Positions 45,423-56,114 of a stretch of 64,000 bases of DNA are shown piece by piece. The translations under genes were made by a program, and so were the position numbers. The notes beneath the pieces were generated by a model, which made no database searches, had not been told where the DNA came from, and saw nothing but the letters and a program-made list of their open reading frames with translations. Each line of letters opens with the position of its first letter. Position 1 is the stretch's first letter. Source of the stretch: an uncultured Actinomyces sp. (lineage in GTDB: Bacteria; Actinomycetota; Actinomycetes; Actinomycetales; Actinomycetaceae); contig CAYFRO010000002.1 in the NCBI GenBank assembly GCA_964345565.1, forward strand, positions 2,340 to 66,339. Reading direction: 5' to 3'.

Positions 45423-45824
45423 GTGAACAACTCCAAAGTTATCCAGGGCCGGGCGCTCTCCCGAAGCGCAAACGCACGCCTGCTTGGGCCGAAAGGCGAA
45501 CGCGCGGCGGCGGTCTTCTTGGTTGCTAACGGTTGCCGGGTTCTTGACCGAAACTGGCGGCATGGGCAGATCGGGGAGCTGGACCTAGTTGTTGATGACG
45601 GGGGCGTCATCGTCTTCGTGGAAGTCAAGACACGCTCTGGCATGGGGCCTGACAGTGCCCTCGCAGCCGTTGATCAAAAGAAGCTCAACACGATGCTTCG
45701 CCTAGGCAACGCTTGGCTTGCCGAGCATCGGTCTTGGCGTCCGTGCCGCTTCGACCTGGTTGGGGTGCAGCTGAGGGCCGGGCGTGAACCGCTTTTCGCT
45801 TGGCTTCAGGACGTGGCCCAATGA
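45423..45824 (+). CDS. yraN: YraN-family (UPF0102) endonuclease-like protein
   Basis: GERAAAVFLVANGCRVLDRNWR..GELDLVV..VFVEVKTRS. Confidence 0.85.
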   Translation: MNNSKVIQGRALSRSANARLLGPKGERAAAVFLVANGCRVLDRNWRHGQIGELDLVVDDGGVIVFVEVKTRSGMGPDSALAAVDQKKLNTMLRLGNAWLAEHRSWRPCRFDLVGVQLRAGREPLFAWLQDVAQ

Positions 45825-47428
45825 CCACCGCCCTCGCACGCACTAACGGCATTGCCCTGGTTGGCCTGGCTGGAATCCCGGTTGAGGTGCAGACGCATAT
45901 CGGTCCAGGGATCGTAGGCACCACCCTTGTCGGCTTGCCTGATGCGTCGCTTCGTGAAGCTAAAGAGAGGGTCCGGGCCGCGCTTTTCAGCTGCGGGGTC
46001 CCCGCGGTCAACCGCAGGGTTACCGTGAACCTGACCCCGGCGGACCTGCCAAAGACAGGTTCTGGTTTCGACCTGGCGATCGCAGTTTCAATGCTTATTG
46101 CCAGGGGGTTGTTGCCGCAGGCGGTTGGGGACGGCGGCGTGTTCGTTGCTGAACTGGGCTTGGACGGCGAAGTCCTCCCAGTCCCGGGTGTCTTACCGGC
46201 AGCTGTGGCAGCGGCCCATAACGGTTTAGAACGAATCGTTGTAGCCCCCGCTAACGCCGCAGAGGCAAGACTGCCCGCCTGCGTTGAAGTCGTGCCCTGC
46301 CGGCACCTTGCTGATCTTCTTTACGCCTTTTCAGAGGGGTCTGGCCTCAGCTTGCAGGGCGCCTGGGGCGCGGTAGCCGAGCTTGCTGAACTGGATGGTG
46401 GACAGGGCGGCAATGCTGAAGACGGCCTCGCCTTGCCTGAGTCGGCGGAGGGGGAGGACGGGGTAGATCTTGAAGAGATCAAGGGGCAGGAACGCGCTGT
46501 TCACGCCCTCACGGTCGCAGCTGTCGGCGGTCACCACCTGCTTCTTCACGGTCCACCCGGGGGAGGGAAAAGCATGTTGGCGCGTGCTCTTCCAGGGTTG
46601 CTCCCCGATCTAGGGGACAAGGACGCGCAGGTGGCGACTGCCCTGCGTTCCTTGGCCCTGGGCGGCGAACGGCTGACGAGCCTGCGGAGCAGACCTCCGC
46701 TAGAGATGCCGCACCACTCCGCCACTCTGATTTCACTGATCGGGGGTGGGAACCCCATCCGCCCCGGGGTTGTGTCGCTAGCGCACACGGGAGTTTTGTT
46801 GCTGGACGAGGCCCCTGAGTTTGACCAGCGCACCCTGGATGCGTTGCGCCAGCCCATCGAGCGGGGGAGTGTCACCGTTCACCGGGCGCGCTCCCAGGTG
46901 ACCTTTCCTGCCAGGTTCCAACTGGTGCTGACCGCGAACCCGTGCCCTTGCGGGTACGGGAGCGGGGCAAGCGAACAGAACTGCCGTTGCTCGCCACACA
47001 GGAAAGCGCAGTACCGCGCAAGGCTCTCTGGACCACTGCTGGACCGTGTCGATCTGCAGGTGCACGTCGACCGGCCTCAACAGTTCACGTTTGATGGCTC
47101 AGGGCAGGCCTCGTCGGCCGTGGTCAGCGAGCGTGTCGCGCAGGCCCGTGCCCGCAGTGCTCATCGCTGGAGGGACACCCCCTGGCAAACCAACGGACAG
47201 GTGCCCGGCCGCTTTTTGCGGGAGCACGACACTTTCTCACGTTCCTACAGTCGGGGCCTTGAACGCTTCGTGGAGCGCGGCATCATCTCGCTACGCGGTG
47301 CCGACCGGATCCTGCGCATGGCGTGGTCCTGCGCTGACCTTGAGGGAAGAAGCGAACCAAACACAGATGACTACACACTCGCAATGGAGTTGCGGGGCGT
47401 CACGGAAGGAGTCCCATCGTGGATATGA
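45821..47428 (+). CDS. comM: YifB/ComM-family Mg-chelatase-like AAA+ ATPase
   Basis: ATG 45821 (ATGA overlap with yraN). Lon-protease-like N domain, LLHGPPGGGKSMLA, VLLLDEAPEF, C-terminal zinc-ribbon-like CPCG..CRC. Confidence 0.9.
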   Translation: MTTALARTNGIALVGLAGIPVEVQTHIGPGIVGTTLVGLPDASLREAKERVRAALFSCGVPAVNRRVTVNLTPADLPKTGSGFDLAIAVSMLIARGLLPQAVGDGGVFVAELGLDGEVLPVPGVLPAAVAAAHNGLERIVVAPANAAEARLPACVEVVPCRHLADLLYAFSEGSGLSLQGAWGAVAELAELDGGQGGNAEDGLALPESAEGEDGVDLEEIKGQERAVHALTVAAVGGHHLLLHGPPGGGKSMLARALPGLLPDLGDKDAQVATALRSLALGGERLTSLRSRPPLEMPHHSATLISLIGGGNPIRPGVVSLAHTGVLLLDEAPEFDQRTLDALRQPIERGSVTVHRARSQVTFPARFQLVLTANPCPCGYGSGASEQNCRCSPHRKAQYRARLSGPLLDRVDLQVHVDRPQQFTFDGSGQASSAVVSERVAQARARSAHRWRDTPWQTNGQVPGRFLREHDTFSRSYSRGLERFVERGIISLRGADRILRMAWSCADLEGRSEPNTDDYTLAMELRGVTEGVPSWI

Positions 47429-48627
47429 CAGATCAACGCTTCAAGAAGCTGAGCACCCGGCATGCATTAGCAGCCTGGAGCGGTATCGCCGAGCCCGGAG
47501 ACACGCGGATAGGGGCACTGGTCCAAAGCATGGGACCCGCCCAGGCCCTTGCTTGGGCGGCGACTTCCTACGTGGAGCCGCGAGTGGAAGAGAGCGCAGG
47601 GCCGCCCTGGCGCCTAGTTCACGAACGCATCCGGCTGAGGCTTGAAAACTTGGACCTGGACCGTGAGCTGCAGGCACTTGCCTCGCTGGGCGGCGCATTG
47701 GTGACCAAGGGCGACGCGGAGTGGCCTGCCGCGCTCGACGCGTTGGGGACCGCGGCCCCGTTCGCTCTGTGGGTCCTGGGGAGGCTACCCTCGTCGGGGC
47801 AGAGCTGTGCGTCCCTGGTTGGGGCGCGAGCCTCGACGGCCTACGGCAATGCGGTAGCAACCAACATGGCTTATGAGCTTGCCCAAGCGGGCCTCTGCGT
47901 CGTGTCTGGAGGCGCCTACGGCATCGATTCCGCAGCTCACCGTGGGGCCTTGAAAGGTTGCCCGGCCCGCTCTGTTGCTGAACAGGTCCCGACCGTTGCG
48001 GTTCTTTGCGGCGGTCTCGGGAGCCTGTATCCCGCCGGTAACACGGCCCTGTTCAACCAGATTGTGGCCAGTGGGGGCGGGCTGGTCGCGGAAATGCCAC
48101 CCTCGTATCGCCCGGCCAGGTGGCGGTTCCTGGAGCGCAACCGAGTGATCGCCGCGCTCGCGGACGTGACTGTCGTCGCTGAGGCGGGGCTCCGTTCTGG
48201 CGCGATCGCGAGCGCCAACCGGGCCATCGAGCTAGGCAAAGAAGTAGGGGCCATTCCAGGACCCGTTACCTCCGCGACGTCTGCCGGAGCCAACCAACTC
48301 TTGAAGGACGGCGCGTACGTCATCACCGAGGCTTCGGACGTCCTGACGCTGCTGGGTTCGGACGTGGGTCAGGGAAGCAGGCCCCTTTTTGAGTTGCCGC
48401 AGCAGGTCAGTACGTGGCAGTCCAAGACGCCCAGCAAGCTGGACTCCGTTGACCCCCTGGAACGCAGAGCATGGGACGCACTACCGCGTCGGGGAGAAGC
48501 CAGCGTGGAACAGGCAGCATCAGAAAGCGGGCTGTCAGTCAGCGAGGTCAGGATGGGTCTGCTTGGACTCCAGGTCCAGGGACTCGCATCAAGGTCTGAC
48601 ACGGGGCACTGGGCCCGCGTCGCTTAG
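47419..48627 (+). CDS. dprA: DNA-processing protein DprA
   Basis: VGARASTAYG, SGGAYGIDSAAHRGAL, RFLERNRVIAAL. Overlaps the comM stop. Confidence 0.9.
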   Translation: MDMTDQRFKKLSTRHALAAWSGIAEPGDTRIGALVQSMGPAQALAWAATSYVEPRVEESAGPPWRLVHERIRLRLENLDLDRELQALASLGGALVTKGDAEWPAALDALGTAAPFALWVLGRLPSSGQSCASLVGARASTAYGNAVATNMAYELAQAGLCVVSGGAYGIDSAAHRGALKGCPARSVAEQVPTVAVLCGGLGSLYPAGNTALFNQIVASGGGLVAEMPPSYRPARWRFLERNRVIAALADVTVVAEAGLRSGAIASANRAIELGKEVGAIPGPVTSATSAGANQLLKDGAYVITEASDVLTLLGSDVGQGSRPLFELPQQVSTWQSKTPSKLDSVDPLERRAWDALPRRGEASVEQAASESGLSVSEVRMGLLGLQVQGLASRSDTGHWARVA

Positions 48628-48672
48628 GGGACGCCCGGCCGCGCCCCACGGCCGGGGTCTTAGGATCGGACC

Positions 48673-49599
48673 ATGGAACGGACCGTGGCACAGATCCTTG
48701 AGGCTTGGGGTCAACACCTGACGCTTCGCCTGGGGCATTCCGTACAGACGCGGCGCGGATACGAAGCAGACATTCGCCTGTTGCTAGAGCACTTGGGAAT
48801 AGGTGACGGCGACCTCGACAATGTGGTTTCTAGCGAGCTGGCGCCGTTGCTGTCTCATCGTTCTTTGCGTGGCTGGCTTGCCGTCAGGGTTCAGCAGGGA
48901 CGCTCGCGGGCGACGGTTGCTAGGAATGCCGCGTCCGTGCGGAGTTTTTGCAGCTACCTGCTGGAGCAAGGTTTCATCTCGGATGACCCGACCTCGGCAC
49001 TGCGGGTTTCAAAAGGGCCGTCCGCACTTCCCACCGTTCTGCAACTGGAAGCGGTCGAGGCTTTGCTGGACATGGCTAAGCGCGAGGCGGAAGACGGCGA
49101 CCCCGTAGCGGTCCGCGACTGGGCCGTTTTTGAGTTGCTTTACTCTGCGGCTCTTCGCGTTTCAGAGTTGACCGGCCTGGACCTAGGGTCGGTGGACCTT
49201 AGTGCTTTGAGGCTCCGCGTACTCGGCAAAGGCGGTAAGGAAAGGGTTGTCCCGTTCGGGGTGCCTGCGGTGAAGGCACTTGAGGGTTGGCTCGTGGTCA
49301 GACCAGCTTTGGCTACCAAGGGCGGGGATGCCCTTTTCCTGGGCAAGATGGGCGGGCGGCTGAACCCCCGAACTGTTCGGGACAGCCTAGAGCGTGCGTC
49401 GGCCCGGGCGGGCGTGCGTTCCCTCTCGCCGCACGCCCTACGGCATTCTTCGGCAACCCACCTGCTTGAGGCTGGTGCTGATCTTCGCTTCGTTCAGGAA
49501 TACCTGGGGCATTCCTCTCTTCAGACCACGCAGCGCTACACCCACGTTGATGCCCAGCGACTAACCCAGACTTACCTGCGGGCTCACCCCCGCGCCTAA
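48673..49599 (+). CDS. xerC: Tyrosine recombinase XerC
   Basis: ELLYSAALRVSEL (R), HALRHSSATHLLEAGADLRFVQEYLGHSSLQTTQRYTHV (H-x-x-R ... H ... Y). Confidence 0.92.
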   Translation: MERTVAQILEAWGQHLTLRLGHSVQTRRGYEADIRLLLEHLGIGDGDLDNVVSSELAPLLSHRSLRGWLAVRVQQGRSRATVARNAASVRSFCSYLLEQGFISDDPTSALRVSKGPSALPTVLQLEAVEALLDMAKREAEDGDPVAVRDWAVFELLYSAALRVSELTGLDLGSVDLSALRLRVLGKGGKERVVPFGVPAVKALEGWLVVRPALATKGGDALFLGKMGGRLNPRTVRDSLERASARAGVRSLSPHALRHSSATHLLEAGADLRFVQEYLGHSSLQTTQRYTHVDAQRLTQTYLRAHPRA

Positions 49600-50123
49600 T
49601 CCCAGGGCTTCAACACTGAGGGGCCTGCGATCATTCTGAGCGGGTCAATGTATTCGTTCGGGCCAAATCGGGCTCCCCAGTGCAGGCCCAAGTGCACGGT
49701 GTCTGCGGCAGGGTCGGCGACGTGCCCAATCAGAGTTCCGGCTTCCACTGCTGAGCCGACCTCAATTGCTGCTTCAGCGGGGTCGTAGGTCGAGCGCAGG
49801 CCGCCCGAGTGCATCACTGAGATCACGGGGCGGCCCGCGACCATCCCAGCGAAGATGACCTTTCCAGGGGCAGGCGAGTAGATCGCGTCCCCGGGCGTCA
49901 TCTCAAGGTCAACACCACGGTGACCTGGGAGCCACGGCTTCGCAGGGAGGTCGAAGGACGCCAAGACTCGCGCCGGAACACCGGAGGGCCAAGACCAGGG
50001 GAGGTCTTGGGCTTCCACGCGTTGGACGTGGTCTACGGGAAGGCTTGTAGCCGCGAGGAGCGCCAGGATGGTCGCAACAGCCGTGCGAAGAACCCTAGTA
50101 ACCGTGACCTCACAAGTAACCAT
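49596..50123 (-). CDS. M23-family metallopeptidase (peptidoglycan endopeptidase-like)
   Basis: N-terminal signal/TM segment, HRGVDLEM, SPAPGKVIFAG, VHLGLHWG. Stop overlaps the xerC stop by 4 nt. Confidence 0.85.
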   Translation of the reverse strand: MVTCEVTVTRVLRTAVATILALLAATSLPVDHVQRVEAQDLPWSWPSGVPARVLASFDLPAKPWLPGHRGVDLEMTPGDAIYSPAPGKVIFAGMVAGRPVISVMHSGGLRSTYDPAEAAIEVGSAVEAGTLIGHVADPAADTVHLGLHWGARFGPNEYIDPLRMIAGPSVLKPWD

Positions 50124-50690
50124 GACCCCACAATGCGCTTTTCACGTCTGTCACAGGCCCTAGATTGCCGCGCCTGTGGACAACCCCCATCGCAAGGCCC
50201 CGGTGGCAACACGGCTCCCAAGTTCGTTCAAGCCACCCAGGCGCGTTCTGGCTCCCGAGCACGTTCTTGTTCCCCAAGTGCGTGCTGCGGCCCAGAAGTA
50301 AGCAACCAAGGCGTGGCGGCGTGTAGCAGCAATCAGCATTTCCAGTGGTGGCCTGGGTGTGTTTTCGGTGGTGGCCTACGCAGATCTTCAGGACGGCCTG
50401 GCAGGAAACCTGTCGTGCCTCACAGTTTCCCGGCGGTATCTAAGGGGCAGGCGGGCTAAACTATTCCTCAGCATTCGCTCGGCACTTGCCGGGTGGGTGA
50501 CTTCGCGTGTCACCACCAGACCCAGGTTTGGGGCGGGGGCGCTGGTCCTTGGGAAAACTCCCCGGGAGCCCTCCGGCCGTGGCACCAGGATTTGGATTCG
50601 ACTCGAGTCCAGATAGACAACCGAAATCCGGCCCCCGGACTGGCTTGCCAGGCTCAGGGCCCCTGACTGCATAGCAGTGAAAGGACGATC

Positions 50691-51689
50691 ATGGCTGTTG
50701 TAACCATGCGTCAGCTCCTTGAGAGCGGTGTCCACTTCGGACACCAGACCCGCCGTTGGAACCCGAAGATGGAACCCTACATCCTGACGGAACGTAACGG
50801 CATCTACATCATTGACCTCCAGCAAACCCTGGCCGACATCGACAACGCGTTCGAGTTCGTGAAGCAGACTGTTGCTCGCGGCGGCACCATTTTGTTTGTT
50901 GGCACAAAGAAGCAGGCCCAGGACGCCGTTGCCGAACAGGCACAGCGCGTCGGGATGCCCTACGTCAACCAGCGCTGGCTGGGCGGTATGCTCACCAACT
51001 TCTCCACGGTCTCCAAGCGTCTGCAGAGGCTCAAGGAACTTGAACAGCTCGACTTCGAAGACTCGGTCGCAACCGGGCTCACCAAGAAGGAACTGCTGAT
51101 CAAGCGCCGCGAAAAGGACAAGCTGACCCGCACCCTGGGCGGCATCCGCGACATGAGCAAGACGCCTTCGGCCGTCTGGATCGTTGACACCACCAAGGAA
51201 CACCTTGCAGTGTCCGAGGCCCGCAAGCTCAACATCCCGATCATCGCAACCCTGGACACCAACTCCGATCCCGAAGAAGTCGACTACGGCATCCCCTCAA
51301 ACGATGACGCCATCCGCGCCGTCGGCCTGCTGACCCGCGTCATTGCTGACGCCGTTGCCGAAGGCCTCCTGGCCCGCAACGCACCCAGCAAGGAAACCGG
51401 CGAAACCGAAGTTGAGCCCTTGGCCGAATGGGAACGCGAACTCCTCGAAGCTTCTGCCGCTGAAGAAGCAGTTGCTTCCAACACGCCCAAGGCGAACGCA
51501 GAAGAAGCCGCAGAAACCGTCCAGGTTGTAGAGACGGCTGTCGCGGAAGATGCCGCAGCATCGGCCCCCGCCCAGGAGGCTCCGGCCGCCAAGGCTGAAG
51601 AGCCCACGAACACGGAAAAGGCCCCGGCCGCGCCTTCCGTGGATGTGAAAGAACAACAGAAGGTCGAAGCTGAAGCGGACGCCAAGTAG
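50691..51689 (+). CDS. rpsB: 30S ribosomal protein S2 (with acidic/Ala-rich C-terminal extension)
   Basis: [27 protein letters not shown]. Confidence 0.95.
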   Translation: MAVVTMRQLLESGVHFGHQTRRWNPKMEPYILTERNGIYIIDLQQTLADIDNAFEFVKQTVARGGTILFVGTKKQAQDAVAEQAQRVGMPYVNQRWLGGMLTNFSTVSKRLQRLKELEQLDFEDSVATGLTKKELLIKRREKDKLTRTLGGIRDMSKTPSAVWIVDTTKEHLAVSEARKLNIPIIATLDTNSDPEEVDYGIPSNDDAIRAVGLLTRVIADAVAEGLLARNAPSKETGETEVEPLAEWERELLEASAAEEAVASNTPKANAEEAAETVQVVETAVAEDAAASAPAQEAPAAKAEEPTNTEKAPAAPSVDVKEQQKVEAEADAK

Positions 51690-51717
51690 GCCCAAGGACT
51701 GAAAGGAGCCACTCAAA

Positions 51718-52551
51718 ATGGCTAAGTACACACTGGCTGACGTGAAGGAACTTCGCGAACAGACCGGCGCCGGAATGATGGACGTCAAGAACGCCCTGGT
51801 TGAGGCCGACGGCGACAAGGTTGCCGCACTCAAGATCATCCGACTGAAGGGACTGAAGTCTCTCTCCAAGCGCGAGGGACGCGACGCATCCGCCGGCCTG
51901 ATTGTTGCCGCCGTTTCGGACGACGGCAAGACCGGAACAATGGTTGAGGTCAACTCGGAAACCGACTTCGTTGCGAAGAACGACAAGTTCATTGCTTTCG
52001 CAGACCAGGTGCTGGCAGCAGCCGTAGCGGCCGAAGCCACTGACCTTGAGTCCCTGCTTGCAGCCCCTGCCGAGGGCGGCACCGTGCAGGACCTGGTAAA
52101 CGAAATGGGTGCAACGGTTGGTGAAAAGACTGAGATCGGACGCGTAGCCCGTGTTACAGCTGATCACGTTGACCTTTACCTGCACCAGACGAACCCCGAC
52201 CTGCCGCCGCAGGTTGGTGTCCTAGTTGCGACGAATGCGGCCGGTGCTGACCTGGCTCACGACATCGCCATGCACATCGCGGCCTTCCGTCCCCGCTGGG
52301 TTTCGCGCCACGTGATCCCCGAAGACGTTCTGGAGACCGAACGGCAGACCTTGACTGAGATCACACTCAAGGAAGGTAAGCCAGAAAAGATCGTTCCCAA
52401 GATCGTTGAGGGACGCCTGAACGCCTTCTACAAGGACAACACCCTGGTCGACCAGGACTTTGCTCGCGACCCGTCTGTGACGGTCGGCAAGGTCCTTGGA
52501 TCTGTCGGCGGTGAAGTCACCGAGTTCGTGCGTTTCCAGGTCGCTGGCTAA
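51718..52551 (+). CDS. tsf: Elongation factor Ts
   Basis: VKELREQTGAGMMDVKNALVEADGD. GAAAGGAG RBS. Confidence 0.95.
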   Translation: MAKYTLADVKELREQTGAGMMDVKNALVEADGDKVAALKIIRLKGLKSLSKREGRDASAGLIVAAVSDDGKTGTMVEVNSETDFVAKNDKFIAFADQVLAAAVAAEATDLESLLAAPAEGGTVQDLVNEMGATVGEKTEIGRVARVTADHVDLYLHQTNPDLPPQVGVLVATNAAGADLAHDIAMHIAAFRPRWVSRHVIPEDVLETERQTLTEITLKEGKPEKIVPKIVEGRLNAFYKDNTLVDQDFARDPSVTVGKVLGSVGGEVTEFVRFQVAG

Positions 52552-52571
52552 AGACCCGACTCGAACGTAAG

Positions 52572-52597
52572 GAAGAGGCCCCAACCGGGGCCTCTTC
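52572..52597 (+). terminator. Stem-loop terminator after tsf
   Basis: GAAGAGGCCCC-AACC-GGGGCCTCTTC, a perfect 11 bp stem 21 nt after the stop. Weak U-tract. Confidence 0.65.
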
Positions 52598-52664
52598 TGC
52601 TACGTCCCCCCAGGTGGGGCTGTCTCACCTACACTTCAGGATGAAAGCCTAAGAAAGGTGTCCC

Positions 52665-53423
52665 GTGGAAGAAACCGATGCGCCAAGCGCACGCAGAGTT
52701 CTACTGAAGCTGTCAGGCGAGGTTTTCGGTGGCGGTGAAATCGGCTTGGACCCCGCTGTCCTTGAAGGCGTGGCAGCCCAGATTGCCGAAGCTGTTCGGA
52801 ACGGAGTCGAAGTCGCGGTCGTCGTGGGTGGCGGAAACTTCTACCGGGGCGCCGAACTGGCTGAGAACGGGTTAGATCGCGCAAGGGCCGACTACATGGG
52901 CATGCTTGGCACAGTCGTCAACGCACTAGCCCTTCAGGACTTTTTGGAGCGGGCGGGGATTGAGACGCGAGTCCAAACCGCAATCACGATGACCCAGGTT
53001 GCCGAACCGTACATTCCCTTGCGCGCCATCAGTCACATGGAAAATGGTCGGGTTGTTATCTTCGGGGCCGGCTCAGGCATGCCCTACTTCTCAACGGACA
53101 CCGTTGCAGCGCAAAGAGCTCTTGAGACACATTGCGATGAACTTTTGATTGCGAAAAACGGTGTCGACGGCGTCTACACCGCCGACCCCAAGAAGGACCC
53201 CGAGGCCAGGTTGCTGTCGTCGGTCACCTACTCGGACGCGCTTACGGACCAGCTGAAAGTGGTCGACGCGGCGGCGTTCGCACTTGGCCAAGAAAACGAT
53301 CTCACCATGCGCGTGTTTGGGATGAACGAGCCCGGCAATGTAACAAGGGCCCTGATCGGTGAGACAATCGGAACGCTGGTAACGACGCAAAGAAGCAACG
53401 AAACGGAACAGGAAACAGAATGA
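52665..53423 (+). CDS. pyrH: UMP kinase
   Basis: [39 protein letters not shown]. Confidence 0.93.
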   Translation: MEETDAPSARRVLLKLSGEVFGGGEIGLDPAVLEGVAAQIAEAVRNGVEVAVVVGGGNFYRGAELAENGLDRARADYMGMLGTVVNALALQDFLERAGIETRVQTAITMTQVAEPYIPLRAISHMENGRVVIFGAGSGMPYFSTDTVAAQRALETHCDELLIAKNGVDGVYTADPKKDPEARLLSSVTYSDALTDQLKVVDAAAFALGQENDLTMRVFGMNEPGNVTRALIGETIGTLVTTQRSNETEQETE

Positions 53424-53977
53424 TCGACGACATATTGCTGGAAGCCGAAGACTCTATGGACAAGTCGGTTGAAGCAACCCAAGATGACTTCCAGAACATT
53501 CGGACAGGACGGGCGAACCCTGGCATGTTCACCCAGCTTTTGGTTGAGTACTACGGTGCTCCTACGCCGCTACAGCAGCTGGCGTCAATCAACATTCCCG
53601 AAGCCCGCACAGTCCTAATCACGCCCTTCGACCGGAACGCCACGAACGAAATCATCCAGGCAATCCGTGACTCAGACCTGGGCGTCAACCCGAACGACGA
53701 TGGCAAGGTGATTCGCGTCGTCCTGCCTGCCCTCACCGAAGAGCGCCGCCGCGACTACGTGAAACAGGCGAAGAGCCGCGCTGAAGACGGACGCATCGCG
53801 ATCCGAAATGCCAGGCGCAAGGCAAAGGAACAGATCGAAACCGCCAAACGTGACGGTGATATTGGCGAGGACGAGGCCGACCGTGCAGAAAAGGCATTGG
53901 AACTGGTCACCAAGCAGCACGTGGATCTGGTGGACAGCGCTCTTGCCGCTAAAGAAGAAGAGCTGCTAGAGGTCTAA
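53420..53977 (+). CDS. frr: Ribosome recycling factor
   Basis: [27 protein letters not shown] overlap with pyrH. Confidence 0.93.
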   Translation: MIDDILLEAEDSMDKSVEATQDDFQNIRTGRANPGMFTQLLVEYYGAPTPLQQLASINIPEARTVLITPFDRNATNEIIQAIRDSDLGVNPNDDGKVIRVVLPALTEERRRDYVKQAKSRAEDGRIAIRNARRKAKEQIETAKRDGDIGEDEADRAEKALELVTKQHVDLVDSALAAKEEELLEV

Positions 53978-53980
53978 AGC

Positions 53981-54871
53981 TTGACCAGCCGCAACCACTC
54001 CGTGTGGCGCCAGATTGTCCGGCCGTTACCGACGCAGGAAAAGCCTCCGCTTGCCGCGACCGGCAAGGCGGGGCGAAACCTGCCCGCCGCAGTCGCGTCG
54101 GCCCTGGTCCTGATCGGGGTTGCCGGCTCAACGCTTTTCTTCGCGCGCCCAGCTTTCCTGGTCCTGGTTGGCCTATTGGTGTGGGTGGCGACCTGGGAGG
54201 TGGCCGGAGCCTTTGCCAGACGAGACCGCACGGTGGCGGTCGTCCCCCTTTACCTAGGGGGCGCCGGCATCTTCGTCGCGGGTGCCCTCGGTTCGCTCAC
54301 GTGGGTCCTGGTTGGCATGTACCTGACTGCAGTCGCAGCAATCGCGTGGCGGATGGTGCAAACCTCACCCAAGACCCGTCCGGTTGAGGACGTGCTGGCA
54401 AGCATTTTCACGCTTGTCTACATCCCGTTCTTCGCCTCGTTCGTTGCCCTCATCTCTTTCCACAGCGAAGACCCGTGGCCCATCGTCTTCTTCGTCCTGG
54501 CAATAGTTGCGAACGACACCGGGGGCTGGCTGGCCGGGATAACGTTTGGCAAGCATCCGATGGCGCCAAAGCTTTCCCCGAAGAAGTCGTGGGAAGGGTT
54601 CGCGGGTAGCGTGCTGCTGTGCGGCGCGGTTGGGTACGTGGGAACCCTGGTTATGGGCGTTGACTGGTGGTGGGCACTTATCGTGGCTGCCGTGGGCTCT
54701 GTGATTGGGACCACGGGGGACTTGGTTGAATCGCTGATCAAACGCGATTCTGGGTTGAAGGACATGTCAGCGATTGTTCCCGGCCACGGCGGCCTCATGG
54801 ACCGCCTGGATTCGTTGCTGTTCACAGCGCCTGCTTTTTTCATTGTTTATTCGGTAGCTTTTGGCTGGTGA
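53981..54871 (+). CDS. cdsA: Phosphatidate cytidylyltransferase
   Basis: Polytopic membrane protein. SLIKRDSGLKDMSAIVPGHGGLMDRLDS signature. The TTG start is uncertain (GTG at 54002 is an alternative). Confidence 0.88.
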   Translation: MTSRNHSVWRQIVRPLPTQEKPPLAATGKAGRNLPAAVASALVLIGVAGSTLFFARPAFLVLVGLLVWVATWEVAGAFARRDRTVAVVPLYLGGAGIFVAGALGSLTWVLVGMYLTAVAAIAWRMVQTSPKTRPVEDVLASIFTLVYIPFFASFVALISFHSEDPWPIVFFVLAIVANDTGGWLAGITFGKHPMAPKLSPKKSWEGFAGSVLLCGAVGYVGTLVMGVDWWWALIVAAVGSVIGTTGDLVESLIKRDSGLKDMSAIVPGHGGLMDRLDSLLFTAPAFFIVYSVAFGW

Positions 54872-54875
54872 GCGG

Positions 54876-56114
54876 ATGAATGCGCGAGTGACCAGGGAGG
54901 TTCGTCCCACCGACGAACTTCCCGTTGGAGCCAAGACTCCAGACGCAAAGCCGGTGTTGCAGTTCACGGTGCCCAGAAGGGGAAAGCCCCCCGCGCACCT
55001 TGCCGACGTCCCCGCCACAGACAGGCGTGAATGGGCGAAGAGCCTGGGCATGCCGGCCTTCCGGGCGGACCAGATTTCCCGGCAGTACTTCGCTCGCAAC
55101 GTTGGCGATCCCTCACAGATGAGCGACCTGCCGCCGAAGGATCGGGACGGCGCCGCGACCGTCATGGTTCCCCCTTTGGTCACAGAGATTTCCAGGCAGA
55201 GCGCGGACCAGGGCACCACACTCAAGAGCCTGTGGCGCCTGCACGATGGCGTGAACGTCGAGTCCGTCCTGATGCGATACCCGGGACGCACCACGCTCTG
55301 CATCTCCTCGCAGGCCGGCTGCGGGATGGCTTGCCCGTTCTGCGCGACAGGCCAGATGGGGCTCACGCGGAACCTTTCTGCGGCTGAGATCGTTGAACAG
55401 GTCCGACACGCTCGCCAAACTTGCGAAAACGGGGAGTTGGCGGGCGGTCCAACCCACTTGTCAAACGTCGTGTTCATGGGGATGGGGGAGCCCCTCGCCA
55501 ACTGGAAAGCGCTAACCCAAACACTGCACCGCCTACTTGATCCCGCGCCAGAAGGGTTCGGGATGAGTGCGCGCGGGGTGACGGTCTCGACAGTGGGACT
55601 GGTGCCGGGCATAGACAAGCTTGCCGACAGCGGTTTCCCAGTCACCCTAGCCATTTCGCTGCACGCCCCAGACGATGACCTGAGGGACGAGCTCATCCCA
55701 GTGAACTCGCGCTGGAAAGTAGGGGAGCTTCTTGACGCCGCCCGCAGGTATTTTGTTAAGACCGGGCGCAGGGTTTCTATCGAGTACGCACTGATCAAGG
55801 ACATGAACGATCAGCCTTGGCGGGCGCAGCTACTCGCGGATGAACTGAATGCTCGTGGCAAAGGGTGGGCCCACGTGAACCCCATCCCCCTCAACCCAAC
55901 GCCCGGGACCATCTGGACTGCGTCCACGCCCGAAGCCCAAGAAGAGTTTGTTCGCACGCTTCGCGCCGCGGGCATCCGGACCACCATCCGCGACACTCGT
56001 GGCGCCGACATTGACGGCGCGTGCGGCCAACTTGCGACAAAATGGGCAAAAGCGCAAGAATCAAAGCGGGGCGAGCACGCTTCGTCGCCCGGGGCAAAGG
56101 AGAAAGACGAATGA
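54876..56114 (+). CDS. rlmN: 23S rRNA/tRNA (adenine-C2)-methyltransferase RlmN (radical SAM)
   Basis: CISSQAGCGMACPFCATGQ (CxxxCxxC), VFMGMGEPLAN, C-terminal GADIDGACGQL. Confidence 0.92.
   Translation: MNARVTREVRPTDELPVGAKTPDAKPVLQFTVPRRGKPPAHLADVPATDRREWAKSLGMPAFRADQISRQYFARNVGDPSQMSDLPPKDRDGAATVMVPPLVTEISRQSADQGTTLKSLWRLHDGVNVESVLMRYPGRTTLCISSQAGCGMACPFCATGQMGLTRNLSAAEIVEQVRHARQTCENGELAGGPTHLSNVVFMGMGEPLANWKALTQTLHRLLDPAPEGFGMSARGVTVSTVGLVPGIDKLADSGFPVTLAISLHAPDDDLRDELIPVNSRWKVGELLDAARRYFVKTGRRVSIEYALIKDMNDQPWRAQLLADELNARGKGWAHVNPIPLNPTPGTIWTASTPEAQEEFVRTLRAAGIRTTIRDTRGADIDGACGQLATKWAKAQESKRGEHASSPGAKEKDE

Noticed and set aside
50175-50183. DnaA-box-like TGTGGACAA (complement of TTGTCCACA).
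   Set aside because: A single isolated copy with no cluster, no AT-rich unwinding element and no dnaA/dnaN context. It is expected by chance.
50124-50460. c-di-AMP (ydaO-type) riboswitch upstream of the M23 cell-wall hydrolase, as is common for actinobacterial wall hydrolases.
   Set aside because: I read the minus-strand leader and could not find the conserved ydaO blocks (GGGGUGAAUC, CCGAAUCCGACAGCU, ACCUCGUAAGCG). Only vague GGGGA/GGGAGCC repeats are present. A covariance-model scan is needed to be certain.
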